Positions 48,427 to 58,510 of a stretch of DNA of 64,000 nt are shown here, in pieces. Origin of the DNA: an uncultured archaeon (GTDB lineage: Archaea; Thermoproteota; Nitrososphaeria; Nitrososphaerales; Gagatemarchaeaceae). Under the pieces are notes generated by a model. That model searched no databases and was not told the DNA's origin. It saw only the letters and a list, made by a program, of their open reading frames with translations. A program made the translations under genes and the position numbers. The stretch is from the NCBI GenBank assembly GCA_963817525.1, contig CAWFOU010000001.1, positions 544,001-608,000 of the forward strand, given 5' to 3'. How positions within the stretch are numbered: position 1 is the stretch's first letter; each line of letters starts with the position of its first letter.

Positions 48427-49191
48427 TTAGAAAGTGTACTGCTGCTTCTTCGGCGGCTCGAGGGTGACGAGGGTCTCTATCGGGCAGTTGAGCTTCATCC
48501 GCTCCTTCAGCTTGGGGAGGGAGGCCTCCATGGACGCGATGGTGAATATCCCGACGGGGCGCGCCCTCGCCTTCTCGGCGAGCCTGACGAGGGCGTCCAG
48601 CGTGACCCCTGACCTGATGAGGTCGTCCACTATGAGGACGTGCTCCCCCTTCTTCAGGGAGGTCTTTGGGAGGTAGAGGTACTTGACCGAGTCAGGGGAG
48701 TATACCATCCTCTGCTCGTAGAACTCGTCGGCCGCCAGGTCGCGCTCGGTCTTCGCGATGGCCACGCTCACGTTGAACTCGTCGGCTATCTCCACGGCAA
48801 GCGGGACGCCGTCGACCTCCATGGTGAGCACCTTCTCGACGTGGGAGGGCTCGAACTCGCTGTAGACCACCTTGGCTATCTGCTTGAGGAGGCCCACGTC
48901 GGTGACGACGTGGGTGAGGTCGTAGACCCCCTCTCCAGTCGTCCTGATGTGGTCGGTGACCATCTTCTTCAGGAGCTTCTCCCGGAACACCGCCACGAAC
49001 TTGTCGGAGCGCGCGGGGCTGGGGAGGACGTGGCCCCTCACGTACCTGCTCAGGATGGGCGCGGAGAGGCCTAGGATGGAAGAGAGCTCCTTGTAGCTGT
49101 AGTTCTTCTTGAGGGTCGAGAGGAGCTCGACGGACGATATCCTTGACTTTACCTCGGCGACCCTGCTCAAGGTTCTCCCCTGGTTTCGCAT
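48427..49191 (-). CDS. HTH + phosphoribosyltransferase domain protein (PurR-like regulator)
   Basis: SYKELS...LSRYVRGHVLP and VLIVDDLIRSG. Confidence 0.85.
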   Translation of the reverse strand: MRNQGRTLSRVAEVKSRISSVELLSTLKKNYSYKELSSILGLSAPILSRYVRGHVLPSPARSDKFVAVFREKLLKKMVTDHIRTTGEGVYDLTHVVTDVGLLKQIAKVVYSEFEPSHVEKVLTMEVDGVPLAVEIADEFNVSVAIAKTERDLAADEFYEQRMVYSPDSVKYLYLPKTSLKKGEHVLIVDDLIRSGVTLDALVRLAEKARARPVGIFTIASMEASLPKLKERMKLNCPIETLVTLEPPKKQQYTF

Positions 49192-49249
49192 CGGTGTAGA
49201 AAAACCTTCGCAATCCTTTAGCCGATTAACACGTTCGTGAACAATCGGC

Positions 49250-50797
49250 CTAGTGTCCCAGCCAGACGCGGACCTGGGTGGGGAGGAAGGCCTTGTCGGG
49301 GTAGAAGATGAAGAACCAGAGGAAGACGCCCGCTAGGAAGATGTACGCGATCTCCCGCGGGAACCATGCCCGGGTCAGGAAGTACGCGGCCCCCATCCCG
49401 AGGGCGGGGACTGCCGAGATGAAGTAGTACGGGTAGGTGATGCGCCCATAGTAGAAGAGGAAGAGGTACCCGAGGAAGACAACGAGCACCCAAAGGAGAG
49501 CCAGACGTGCCAGCTTGAACTCGTTCGCGTCCGCCTCCGACGCCATGGGCGTCGCCCTGCTCTTCCACCAGAGGTAGACGGTGTAGGCCCCCCAGAAGTA
49601 GATGAGCCAGACCTCGAACTGGTTGGTGATGCCGTAGTACCCCACCGATACGTAGGTGTAGCTGCTCGTCGCGGAGGAGACCTTCACGCTGGTGACTAGG
49701 TATCCTATGGGCGAGTAGTAGGTTATCCAGTTCCAGGGGGTGATGGGCGTGTGCAGGACGCTGTCGATCCACCCCTGGCTCGTGGGGGTCATGGTCAGGG
49801 AGGCGCCGTACCTGAGGATGAACTCCGTCTGTCCTATGAAGGTGGTCGCCACGCCCGCGCCGAAGGCGCCGTCGTAGATCTGGAGGCCGACCGCGAAGAC
49901 CAGGGCGACGGTGGCGACGAACTTTGCGGTGGAGACGACGATGTACTTGCGGCTCCCGGGCGCGAAGAAGAGGTGGTAGAGCAGGAGCACCAGGAAGAGG
50001 AAGATGGCGGTCTCCTTGTAGAGGGCCGCGACCCCGATGGATATCCCCGTGAGGGTCATGGTCCCGAACTTCCACCAGTGGACCTTTGCGAAGTAGAACA
50101 GGAAGCCGAGAAGGCCGAAGAAGATGGCGCCGACGTCGATCACCGCGATGCTGGAGTGGACGAAGAAGAGCGTCTCGAACGCGAGGAGGTAGGCCGCGTA
50201 CAGCGCGAGGCGCTGGTTCTTGGTTATCGCCCAGCTCACGCCGAAGATCAACGGGATGCTGAACGTCCCTAGGAGGACCTCGAAGATCCTCCAGCCGATG
50301 GCGTTGTTCCCGAATATCGAGATGCCCGCCGCGATGAAGGCCTTCGAGAGGAACGGGTGCTCAAGGTTGCAGTTGTCGGCGTAGGGGGCGCACTTCTCGC
50401 CCGAGAGCATCGTCTGCGCGGCGGGGACGTAGTAGACCTCGTCCATGATGCAGCCTTGGACCCCCTTCGAGCTGTCGGTGCAGTTGGCCGCGTTCGGCAG
50501 GTTGATGGTGTAGAGGTGCGCGCCGAGGATCCCCAGGACGATCAGTGTCAGGAGGAGGATGGTCTTGCGGTAGGCCGGGTACGAGAGCACGGCATAGGCC
50601 AGCCCGGTCACGACCGAGGTGGAGGAGACCCCCGCGAGGACGATGGTCATCGGGTGGAGGACCCCCGTCGCGACCGAGGTCGGGTAGTAGGCGTGCGCCC
50701 CCACGATCACGAGTTCCAGCAGGAGGTCGACGAAGGCGACCGACGCCAGGAACAGCATGATGAAGCGGAGCGCTAGATAGCGCGGGACGGCGCTCAC
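49250..50797 (-). CDS. PMT/GT39-like polyprenyl-phosphate-dependent glycosyltransferase
   Basis: MDEVYY, NLEHPFLSK and GWR motifs; multiple TM helices. Confidence 0.85.
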   Translation of the reverse strand: MSAVPRYLALRFIMLFLASVAFVDLLLELVIVGAHAYYPTSVATGVLHPMTIVLAGVSSTSVVTGLAYAVLSYPAYRKTILLLTLIVLGILGAHLYTINLPNAANCTDSSKGVQGCIMDEVYYVPAAQTMLSGEKCAPYADNCNLEHPFLSKAFIAAGISIFGNNAIGWRIFEVLLGTFSIPLIFGVSWAITKNQRLALYAAYLLAFETLFFVHSSIAVIDVGAIFFGLLGFLFYFAKVHWWKFGTMTLTGISIGVAALYKETAIFLFLVLLLYHLFFAPGSRKYIVVSTAKFVATVALVFAVGLQIYDGAFGAGVATTFIGQTEFILRYGASLTMTPTSQGWIDSVLHTPITPWNWITYYSPIGYLVTSVKVSSATSSYTYVSVGYYGITNQFEVWLIYFWGAYTVYLWWKSRATPMASEADANEFKLARLALLWVLVVFLGYLFLFYYGRITYPYYFISAVPALGMGAAYFLTRAWFPREIAYIFLAGVFLWFFIFYPDKAFLPTQVRVWLGH

Positions 50798-50920
50798 ACT
50801 CGACTCGCCCGGCGGGACAGATATACGGCTTGCGAGCGATTTCGGGGATTCGCCTGGATGGGGCTCGCGGAGCCGAAATAATTCCTATATACCCTAGCGC
50901 GACTTCACGAACGAAACCAT

Positions 50921-51340
50921 TTGTCTTCGGTGATATTTCGCAAGTTCGGGGAGGAGTTGAACGCCTTCCTGGGGAGGCACGTCGTCGTCGTGGCGGGCGA
51001 CGGGAAGGAGTACACGGGCATGCTCGTGGGAGCGGACGACAAGCTCAACATCGTGCTCGACAAGGTCGTGGGGGCGGGGCCCAACGTCTTCAAGGTCGCG
51101 ATGAACGGCGACAGCGTCAGGGAGATCAGGCTCACCGAGAGGCCCTTCGACTTCAAGGCCCTCGGCGAGAGGCTCAACAGGGTGTTCCCAGGGCTGGTCT
51201 CGGTCAGGGAGGACATCGGCGCGATCATAGTTATGGAGAAGGTGAAGGTCACCGAGAAGGGCGTGACCGAGGGGACGGGTCTCGCCGCGGACAAGGTGAG
51301 GGCGATCTTCGACGACTATGTGCGCGAGGCCAAGAAGTAG
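50921..51340 (+). CDS. Sm-like (Lsm) protein with C-terminal extension, SmAP3 type
   Basis: GKEYTGML.G.D..LNIVL plus Lsm_C-like FPGLV...GAIIVMEKVKV.E.GV. Confidence 0.88.
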   Translation: MSSVIFRKFGEELNAFLGRHVVVVAGDGKEYTGMLVGADDKLNIVLDKVVGAGPNVFKVAMNGDSVREIRLTERPFDFKALGERLNRVFPGLVSVREDIGAIIVMEKVKVTEKGVTEGTGLAADKVRAIFDDYVREAKK

Positions 51341-51341
51341 C

Positions 51342-52694
51342 TCAAGCGACGATGCTCGGGTACTCTATCTTCGTTGGCGCCCAGTCCTCGAGGTTCCCGT
51401 CGAGGTACGCCTGGTAGGCGCTGAGGTCGAGGAGCCCGTGGCCTGAGTTGTTGAAGACTATCACCTTCGCCTGGTTCTTCTCGCGGCACCTCAGGGCTTC
51501 GTCGATTACGAACTTGATCTCGTGAGCCGACTCGGGAGCGGGGATTATCCCCTCCGTCCTGGCGAAGGTCACCGCCGCCTCGAAGACCTCCTTCTGCCCG
51601 AAGGCGACCGACCTCATGAGACCCTTGTCTATGAGGTAGGAGATTATGGGGGCCATCGCGTGGTATCGCAGGCCGCCCGCGTGGATGGGCGGGGTCTTGT
51701 AGTCCTTGCCGAGGGTGTACATCTTCAGGAGCGGGGTCATGCCCGCGGTGTCCCCAAAGTCGTAGGTGTACTTGCCCTTGGTCGTGTGCGGGATGGCGCT
51801 CGACTCGCACGCCACGAACTCCATGGGCAGGTTCTTGGTTATCTTGTCCCCCATCAGCGGGAGGCAGAACCCGCCGAAGTTCGAGCCGCCCCCGATGTTC
51901 CCGACCACCAGGTCGGGGGTGACGTCCAGGAGCTCAAGCTGCTTCTTCAGCTCCAGCCCTATCACGGTCTGGTGCAGGAGGACGTGGTTGAGCACGGAGC
52001 CCAGGCAGTACTTTGACTTTTCATCGCTCAGGGTGTCCTCGATCGCCTCGCTGATGGCTATCCCCAGCGAGCCCGGGTCCTTGAGGTCCTTCGCGAGTAG
52101 GGACCTGCCGAACTTGGTCTTGTCGCTCGGGGAGGAGATGCACTCCGCGCCCCACGTCTCCATCATGGTCCTCCGGCCCGGCTTTTGGCTGAAGCTCGCG
52201 GCCACCATGTAGACCCTCGTCTTGAGCCCGAAGTAGGCGGACGACATCGCTAGCGCGGAGCCCCACTGTCCGGCCCCGGTCTCGGTGACCAGCCTCTCAG
52301 TGCCCTCCTTCTTGTTGTAGTAGGCCTGGGCGAGCGCGGTGTTGGGCTTGTGGCTCCCCGTCGGGTTGACGCCCTCCCACTTGTAGTAGATCTTCGCGGG
52401 CGTCTTCAGCAAGTTCTCGAGCCTGTACGCCCTGTAGAGCGGCGTTGGCCGCGGGAGCCACCGATAGGCCTCCATAAGCTCGTCGGGGATCTTGATCCAC
52501 CTCTCCTGCGAGACCTCCTGCCCCACGAGCTCCTTCGGGAATAGCCTGAAGAGGGGCTCGGGCGACATGGGCTCATGAGTCGCCGGGTTGAGAGGAGGGG
52601 GGAGCCTGTCTGGAAGGTCCGCCTGGATGTTATACCAAGACGCCGGTATCTCGTCCTGCGTCAGGAAGGTAGCGCGCTCTTTCGGGGAGCTCAT
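51342..52694 (-). CDS. trpB: Tryptophan synthase beta chain, TrpB2 type
   Basis: [37 protein letters not shown] and PAPES.H. Confidence 0.95.
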   Translation of the reverse strand: MSSPKERATFLTQDEIPASWYNIQADLPDRLPPPLNPATHEPMSPEPLFRLFPKELVGQEVSQERWIKIPDELMEAYRWLPRPTPLYRAYRLENLLKTPAKIYYKWEGVNPTGSHKPNTALAQAYYNKKEGTERLVTETGAGQWGSALAMSSAYFGLKTRVYMVAASFSQKPGRRTMMETWGAECISSPSDKTKFGRSLLAKDLKDPGSLGIAISEAIEDTLSDEKSKYCLGSVLNHVLLHQTVIGLELKKQLELLDVTPDLVVGNIGGGSNFGGFCLPLMGDKITKNLPMEFVACESSAIPHTTKGKYTYDFGDTAGMTPLLKMYTLGKDYKTPPIHAGGLRYHAMAPIISYLIDKGLMRSVAFGQKEVFEAAVTFARTEGIIPAPESAHEIKFVIDEALRCREKNQAKVIVFNNSGHGLLDLSAYQAYLDGNLEDWAPTKIEYPSIVA

Positions 52695-52801
52695 GGCGAG
52701 CGCGATTCAGTCTCCCCGAACTAATAACCGTTCTCGGGACCCATCTCCCAGCCGGGCTTTAACCGAAACTGCTAAAGGCGAATCGGGGCTGGGCACCCTC
52801 C

Positions 52802-53866
52802 TTGAGACTGGTCCTGGCCGGCTTCGGCGTGGTCGGGCAGAGCTTCGCTCGACTCCTGATGGCACAGGAGAAGGACCTCGCGCTCAGGTACGGCCTGGTA
52901 TGTCAGGTCGTGGGGATCATGGACAGCGCCGGGTGGCTCGTCGACGAGCACGGCATCGACCTGAAAAAGGCCCTCAGGGTGAAGAAGGAGACCGGCAGGG
53001 TGGCCCGCGGAGGGCACGCAGCCCGGCCCTCGAAGGACGTCATCAGGGACCTGGAGGCGGAGGTGCTCATCGAGGCGACCCCCACCAACTTCAAGACGGG
53101 CGAGCCGGGCTTCACCAATATGAAGGCGGCGTTCGAGAGCAAGAAGCACGTTATCACGTGCAACAAGGGGCCTCTGGCGATAGCATACTACGCGCTGCAC
53201 GAGCTCGCCAGGCACAACGGCGTCCAGCTGAGGTTCAGCGGGGCGGTGGGAGGGGGGACGCCCGTCCTGGACTTTGGGAAGACCTGCTCAATGGGCGACC
53301 AGCTCATCGGGATGAGGGGGATCTTGAACGGGACCTGCAACTACATCCTCACGAAGATGGAGTGGGAAGGCCTCTCGTTCGACGAGGCGCTCGACGGGGC
53401 GAAGAAGGCCGGCTACGCGGAGGCCGACCCGTCCCTCGACATCGACGGCTACGACAGCGCGGTGAAGCTGGTCATCACGGCGAACCACCTGCTCCTGAGC
53501 AAGGCGGGGATCAAGGACGTGAAGGTGAGCGGGATAAGGGGGATATCGTCGAAGGACGTGCAAAAGGCCAAGAAGGAAGGCAAGGCGGTCAGGCTTATCG
53601 CCTCGTTCTCCCCCGAGAGGGGCCTGATAGTGGAGCCCGTGATGATCGAGAGGGAGCACCCGCTCTGCATAAACGGCGCGAACAACGCGGTGGAGTTCGA
53701 GTGCGAGTACTCCGGCCCGAAGGTGATAATAGGGAAGGGCGCCGGGGGGCCAGAGACCGCTTCGTCTTTGCTCAGAGACCTGCTAGAGATCAGGGGGAGG
53801 ATAAACGGCCCGTCCGCGCCGCTGCCGCAGTTCGGGCTGGGAGAGTCCTCCGGGGGAAGGAGCTGA
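52802..53866 (+). CDS. hom: Homoserine dehydrogenase
   Basis: GFGVVG, T.NKGP, VGGG.P, GILNGT.NYIL and GYAEADP..DIDG.D. Confidence 0.95.
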   Translation: MRLVLAGFGVVGQSFARLLMAQEKDLALRYGLVCQVVGIMDSAGWLVDEHGIDLKKALRVKKETGRVARGGHAARPSKDVIRDLEAEVLIEATPTNFKTGEPGFTNMKAAFESKKHVITCNKGPLAIAYYALHELARHNGVQLRFSGAVGGGTPVLDFGKTCSMGDQLIGMRGILNGTCNYILTKMEWEGLSFDEALDGAKKAGYAEADPSLDIDGYDSAVKLVITANHLLLSKAGIKDVKVSGIRGISSKDVQKAKKEGKAVRLIASFSPERGLIVEPVMIEREHPLCINGANNAVEFECEYSGPKVIIGKGAGGPETASSLLRDLLEIRGRINGPSAPLPQFGLGESSGGRS

Positions 53867-53867
53867 C

Positions 53868-55286
53868 GTGAAGGTCGTCATGAAGTTCGGGGGCAGCTCG
53901 GTCGCCTCCGCCGAGCGCATCAAGAACGTCGCCGACAGGGTGAAGGGGAGCGGCAAGGGGCACCAGGTGGTCGTGGTCTGCTCGGCGATGGGCGACGTCA
54001 CCGACGAGCTCCTCGCGCTCTGCGCGGACGCCTCCAAGGGGCTGGAGAAGCCCGTCGAGGAGCGGCTCGCTTCGCTCAGGGAGTCACACCTCGCGGCTCT
54101 CACTGCGACGGTCGGTGACAAAGCGGTCAGGCGGCAGGTGCAGGCGATCCTCAACGTCACGCTGATCCAGCTCGAGAAGCTCGCGAGGGGGAGCACCGTG
54201 CTGGGAGAGCTGACGCCGAGGTCCAGGGACGCGATACTCGCCTGCGGCGAGAGGCTATCCAACCCGATAGTGATGGGGGCGCTCATCGAGCGAGGCATGG
54301 ACGCCGTCTACCTGACCGGGGGGGAGGCCGGGATAATGACGGACGACAGGTTCGGCGACGCCACGCCCCTAATGGAGGTGACCAAGTTCCAGGTCAAGGA
54401 GAAGCTCTCGCCGCTACTCTCAGAAGGCAAGACCCCGGTGGTCACGGGGTACACCGGGGCGACGCAGAGCGGGGACACCACCACGCTGGGGAGGGGCGGC
54501 TCGGACTTTACGGGGACGATCATCGCAGCGGCCATCGACGCCGACGAGGTGTGGATCTGGAGCGACGTAGACGGGCTCATGACGGCCGACCCGAGGCTAG
54601 TCCCCAACGCGAAGGTGCTGCGCGAGATATCCTACGAGGAGGCGGGGGAGATGGCGGTCTTCGGGGTGAAGGCCCTACACCCGCGGACCCTCGAGCCAGT
54701 GGCGGAGAAAGGCATCCCCGTCAGGTTCAGGAACACGTTCAAGCCGGACGACGAAGGCTCGCTTGTGAAGCGCCACCCGAAGCTCTACGCCACCAGCGTG
54801 GTCAAGGCGGTCGCGCTCGTCAGGGAGGTGGCGGTGATCACGGTGGCGGGGGCGAGCATGGTCGGCAAGCCGGGGAGCGCGGCGAGGATATTCGACGTGA
54901 TGGGGCGAAGCGGCATCAACGTCCTGATGATCTCACAGAGCGTGTCCGAGTCGAACATCAGCATGGTGGTCGGCAGGTCATCTGTGGATAAGGGGGCGAA
55001 CGCCCTCGAGCTGGCCCTGCTTGGGCAGGGGGGCTACAGGCACATACTCACGGAGGACGACGTGAGCGCGGTCGCCATAGTGGGTGGCGCCATGAGGACC
55101 ACCAAGGGGGTTGCCGCGACCGCGTTCGGCGCAATCTCCGCGAAGGGCATCAACGTCAAGATGATCGCCTCGGGCTCCTCCAACCAGAACCTCTCGCTGA
55201 TCGTGGCGGAGAAGGACGCGAAGGAGACGGTCAGGGCTATACACTCCGCCTTCCACCTCGAGAGGCTCAACTCGCGCGCTGGCTGA
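53868..55286 (+). CDS. lysC: Aspartate kinase with two ACT domains
   Basis: VMKFGGSS, SAMG.VTD, TTLGRGGSD and DVDG..TADP. Confidence 0.95.
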   Translation: MKVVMKFGGSSVASAERIKNVADRVKGSGKGHQVVVVCSAMGDVTDELLALCADASKGLEKPVEERLASLRESHLAALTATVGDKAVRRQVQAILNVTLIQLEKLARGSTVLGELTPRSRDAILACGERLSNPIVMGALIERGMDAVYLTGGEAGIMTDDRFGDATPLMEVTKFQVKEKLSPLLSEGKTPVVTGYTGATQSGDTTTLGRGGSDFTGTIIAAAIDADEVWIWSDVDGLMTADPRLVPNAKVLREISYEEAGEMAVFGVKALHPRTLEPVAEKGIPVRFRNTFKPDDEGSLVKRHPKLYATSVVKAVALVREVAVITVAGASMVGKPGSAARIFDVMGRSGINVLMISQSVSESNISMVVGRSSVDKGANALELALLGQGGYRHILTEDDVSAVAIVGGAMRTTKGVAATAFGAISAKGINVKMIASGSSNQNLSLIVAEKDAKETVRAIHSAFHLERLNSRAG

Positions 55287-55418
55287 ACGGGCTCAAGCGT
55301 CGATGTCCGGTTTCGACGAGTAATCGACAATCGCGAAAGAATAACAATTTCAGAATCACAAATACCTAAAGTGTATATATCGCATTTGGCAATTTTCGTC
55401 GAGCGGAACTAGTAGGAA

Positions 55419-55775
55419 ATGGTGAGTCCCTCAATCAGCGCGGTCGCGACGGAAAAGAGCGGTTTCGAGGAGCTTCTAGAGGGGACGATAGTGGGTTCGA
55501 TTCGAGACCTTCTGGGGGAGTCCTCAATGAAGGCGATCCTCTACCACGTGGGCTTGGAGAGGTTGGCGAAAGACCCTCGAGCCTTCGACCTCAGGCTGCG
55601 CGAGCTCCTGAACGCCCCCGCCGAGATAATAGAAGAGGTCATAATCAAGGACCTGTTCAAGCGGCTCGACCTGCTCTACGCTCCCAAGGGGACCTTCGAC
55701 TTTCAAAAATACGCGGATGCAGCCAAGGGGGTCTATGCGGTCCAGGAGAGGCGGTTAGTGAGGGAGCGAGCATGA
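55419..55775 (+). CDS. NitrOD5/DUF3227-like protein
   Basis: LLGESSMKAILYH...P..F...L..L....A.IIE..I.K.L pattern; TATATAT at 55374-55380. Confidence 0.65.
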   Translation: MVSPSISAVATEKSGFEELLEGTIVGSIRDLLGESSMKAILYHVGLERLAKDPRAFDLRLRELLNAPAEIIEEVIIKDLFKRLDLLYAPKGTFDFQKYADAAKGVYAVQERRLVRERA

Positions 55776-56071
55776 GCCGATCACCCGACGCGCTAAGCGC
55801 GTTGCTTTCGTCCAGCAACAAGGCGGACCTTTTGCTCTTGTTCCACAGGAACCCGGGGTTGATAGACACGATCGAAGGGATAGGAAGACGCTTGGGCAAG
55901 AGAGGCGACGCTATCGCCTCGGACGTCTCGGAGCTCGCGACCGCCTCGATCCTCCAAAAGAAGACGGTCGGCAGGTCTGAGGTCTACTTCCTCAACAGGG
56001 AGAAGGACAGGGAAGCTCAGAGGGACGTCGCGGCCTACATCGTCAATCTTGGGGAGAAGAGACCGACTTGA
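55772..56071 (+). CDS. Small winged-helix protein
   Basis: K.DLL.LFHRNPG..DT.EGI..RLG; 4-nt overlaps with both neighbours. Confidence 0.75.
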   Translation: MSRSPDALSALLSSSNKADLLLLFHRNPGLIDTIEGIGRRLGKRGDAIASDVSELATASILQKKTVGRSEVYFLNREKDREAQRDVAAYIVNLGEKRPT

Positions 56072-56874
56072 TGAACGAGGTTTCCATGACTGCAACCCCG
56101 AGGGTGAAGACCGGCATCCCAGAGTTCGACGCGATGCTGCGCGGCGGGTTCATGAAAGGGGACGCTGTCATGCTGGCGGGCAGCGCCGGAACAGGGAAGA
56201 CGACCCTCGCCCTGCAGTACCTCATGAGTGGGATTAGGGACGCCGGCGAAGGAGGCATCTACCTGACCTTCGAGCAGCACCCCGACCAGATATACAGGGA
56301 CGCCAAGACATTCGGCTGGGACCTCCCGAAGATGGAGGCGGAGGACAAGCTCAGGATCGTCTTCACCTCGCCCGACCTTCTCATGGGAGAAGGGGACCCA
56401 GAGTCGCTCCTCGAAGAGCCGATAAAGGCGGTGAACGCCAGACGCATAGTGGTCGACTCGCTGTCGCACCTGTCCATGTTCGCGAAGAACGACGACATCA
56501 GGCAGGAGACCTACAGGGTCGTCAACTTCTTCAAGCTGAAGGGCATGAGCACCCTCCTGATATGGGAGTCGCCCCAAGTCCTCGGCCAATCGTACTCCAT
56601 CAGCGACGTAGGCCTGAGCTTCTTGGTGGACTCGATAGTCTCGCTGAAGTTCGTCGAGATCGACTCCTCGATAAGGAGGGCGATGGTCATCCTCAAGATG
56701 AGGGGAAGCGACCATGACAAGGCGCTACGCGAATACGAGATAACGAAGGACGGGGTCAAGGTCCACGCTTCCTTCAAGGACTATCAGGGGATAATGTCGG
56801 GGTCGCCGACCAAGGTCGCCTCAGAGAAGTTCGTAGACGCCTTCCGCGGTGCCGCGGCAAAGAAGGGCAAGTGA
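56068..56874 (+). CDS. Single-domain KaiC-like (RAD55 family) ATPase
   Basis: TGIPEFD.ML.GG, Walker A GSAGTGKT, YLTFEQ, Walker B IVVDSLS and KMRGS.H. Confidence 0.92.
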   Translation: MMNEVSMTATPRVKTGIPEFDAMLRGGFMKGDAVMLAGSAGTGKTTLALQYLMSGIRDAGEGGIYLTFEQHPDQIYRDAKTFGWDLPKMEAEDKLRIVFTSPDLLMGEGDPESLLEEPIKAVNARRIVVDSLSHLSMFAKNDDIRQETYRVVNFFKLKGMSTLLIWESPQVLGQSYSISDVGLSFLVDSIVSLKFVEIDSSIRRAMVILKMRGSDHDKALREYEITKDGVKVHASFKDYQGIMSGSPTKVASEKFVDAFRGAAAKKGK

Positions 56875-57281
56875 TAGAGATGGTCTCAATGCAAGAGCTG
56901 TCCATCCTGGGCGGATTGGGCCTGGTGCAAGGAGTCCTCACGATCATGGCTGCATACTACGGGTACAGGATCACGCGAATCGTCGGGACCTTCTGGGCGT
57001 GGGCGTTCATCGTGGCAGCCTCCGCTCTCTCCGCGTTCAGGGCGATCAGTTCCGTAGGACCGATCTCCTACGTCCCCACCAACCTGGACGGTCCTACCCT
57101 TAGTGCGGTTGGCAATAGCGCGATAGTGTTCAGCGAAGTCATCAACATGTCAGAAGCGGTCCTGTTCGCCGCAGGGATGTACGGCCTCTACAGGATATTT
57201 CACGGGCAGAAGAAGGAGGAACCGCCGAGACAGCTAGTGAGTCCTCTAGTCCAGGCGACCCCAGAAACGACGCTCGACTGA
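56871..57281 (+). CDS. Small 3-TM membrane protein
   Basis: Three hydrophobic segments; GTGA overlap with the KaiC-like gene. Confidence 0.7.
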   Translation: MIEMVSMQELSILGGLGLVQGVLTIMAAYYGYRITRIVGTFWAWAFIVAASALSAFRAISSVGPISYVPTNLDGPTLSAVGNSAIVFSEVINMSEAVLFAAGMYGLYRIFHGQKKEEPPRQLVSPLVQATPETTLD

Positions 57282-57358
57282 TCTTCAAACGCGCTTCGTG
57301 CCCGTAGCATCGCGGCCCCGCCGCGACCTCGACATTGTCCTGACCCTGCAGGCTGTGC

Positions 57359-58510
57359 TCAGGACTTGTCTGGAAGGGCCTCGAGCGTATCGATGAGCTT
57401 CGGGACGAACTCGTAGAGGTCACCGACGACCGAGTACTGTGCGGCGAGCAGTATCGGGGCGCTTGCGTCCGGGTTGACGGCCAGTATCTTCTTCGCCCTG
57501 ATCCCCGCCCTGTGCGGGGCCGAGCCGCTGACTCCGAGCGCTATGTAGAGGTCCGGGCTGATCAGCGTGCCGGTCTGCCCGAGCTCGTGGTCCCTCGTGA
57601 TTATGCCCTCGAGCGCCTTTACCTGGGCCATCACAAGCCCCCTCGAGGCGCCTATCTCTGTCTTCAGTCCCCACTTCCTCTCGATGAGCTCCTTGAGCTC
57701 AGTGGCGAGCTTGTAGGCCACCAGGGGGTTCCTGGGGGTGCCGTCAGCACCGCGGAGGATCCCCATCCCGAGCCCGATGACGACACTCGCGTTGTCGAGG
57801 TCGACGTTGGTCTTTGGCAGCTCGACCAGCTCCTTGACCGTGAGCGCGTACGCCTTGCCCGGGCGCGGGAGCTGGACCTTCTCGACCTTGGCCTTGGACC
57901 TCCTGCTCGGGTCCCTGACGAGGGGAGTGAAGCTCCCGGGCTTTAGGGTCGCTACCTGCGGCCTGTGCCTGGGCGTCCAGATCTTTGCCACCCTGCTCCC
58001 AAAGTCAGGCCTCACCTGGGTCATGGTCTTGGGGAACATCTCGTTGAACTTGGGGTTGAAGTAGTCCTGGACCTCAAAGTCGACATTGTCCGTCGCGAGC
58101 CCGGAGTTCACCCTGTAGGCGAGCCTGGCAGCGAGCTCTCTCCCGAACTCGGTAGCGAGGAAGATTATCGCGTATGGCTTCCTCTTGATTATCATGGCCT
58201 CGAGGGTGTCGATCATCCGCATCGAGTGGTAGGTCCGCAGGGCCGGGTCGTCGACGACGAGGACGAGGTCAGCTCCGTAGTCTATCGCCTCCTCAGGGAG
58301 GCCTCTTAGGTGGTTGCCGAGTATGAGCCCCACGAGCTTCTGGCCGACCTGGTCAGCGACCTTCCTTCCTGCCGCGAGGAGCTCGAGAGAGTCGTTCGAG
58401 AGGTGGCCGTCCGACCTCTGGAGGAAGACCCAGACGTCCTTGTAGTCTGCGAGCACGACCTTTGCCGAGGTCGTCGCGGGGGCCGATGTGGCCGAGGCGG
58501 TGGTGCTCAT
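57359..58510 (-). CDS. etfA: Electron transfer flavoprotein alpha subunit (FixB-like)
   Basis: GRELAARLA....GL.TD, RPQVAT, GASR, GQTG and PDLYIALGVSG. Confidence 0.9.
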   Translation of the reverse strand: MSTTASATSAPATTSAKVVLADYKDVWVFLQRSDGHLSNDSLELLAAGRKVADQVGQKLVGLILGNHLRGLPEEAIDYGADLVLVVDDPALRTYHSMRMIDTLEAMIIKRKPYAIIFLATEFGRELAARLAYRVNSGLATDNVDFEVQDYFNPKFNEMFPKTMTQVRPDFGSRVAKIWTPRHRPQVATLKPGSFTPLVRDPSRRSKAKVEKVQLPRPGKAYALTVKELVELPKTNVDLDNASVVIGLGMGILRGADGTPRNPLVAYKLATELKELIERKWGLKTEIGASRGLVMAQVKALEGIITRDHELGQTGTLISPDLYIALGVSGSAPHRAGIRAKKILAVNPDASAPILLAAQYSVVGDLYEFVPKLIDTLEALPDKS

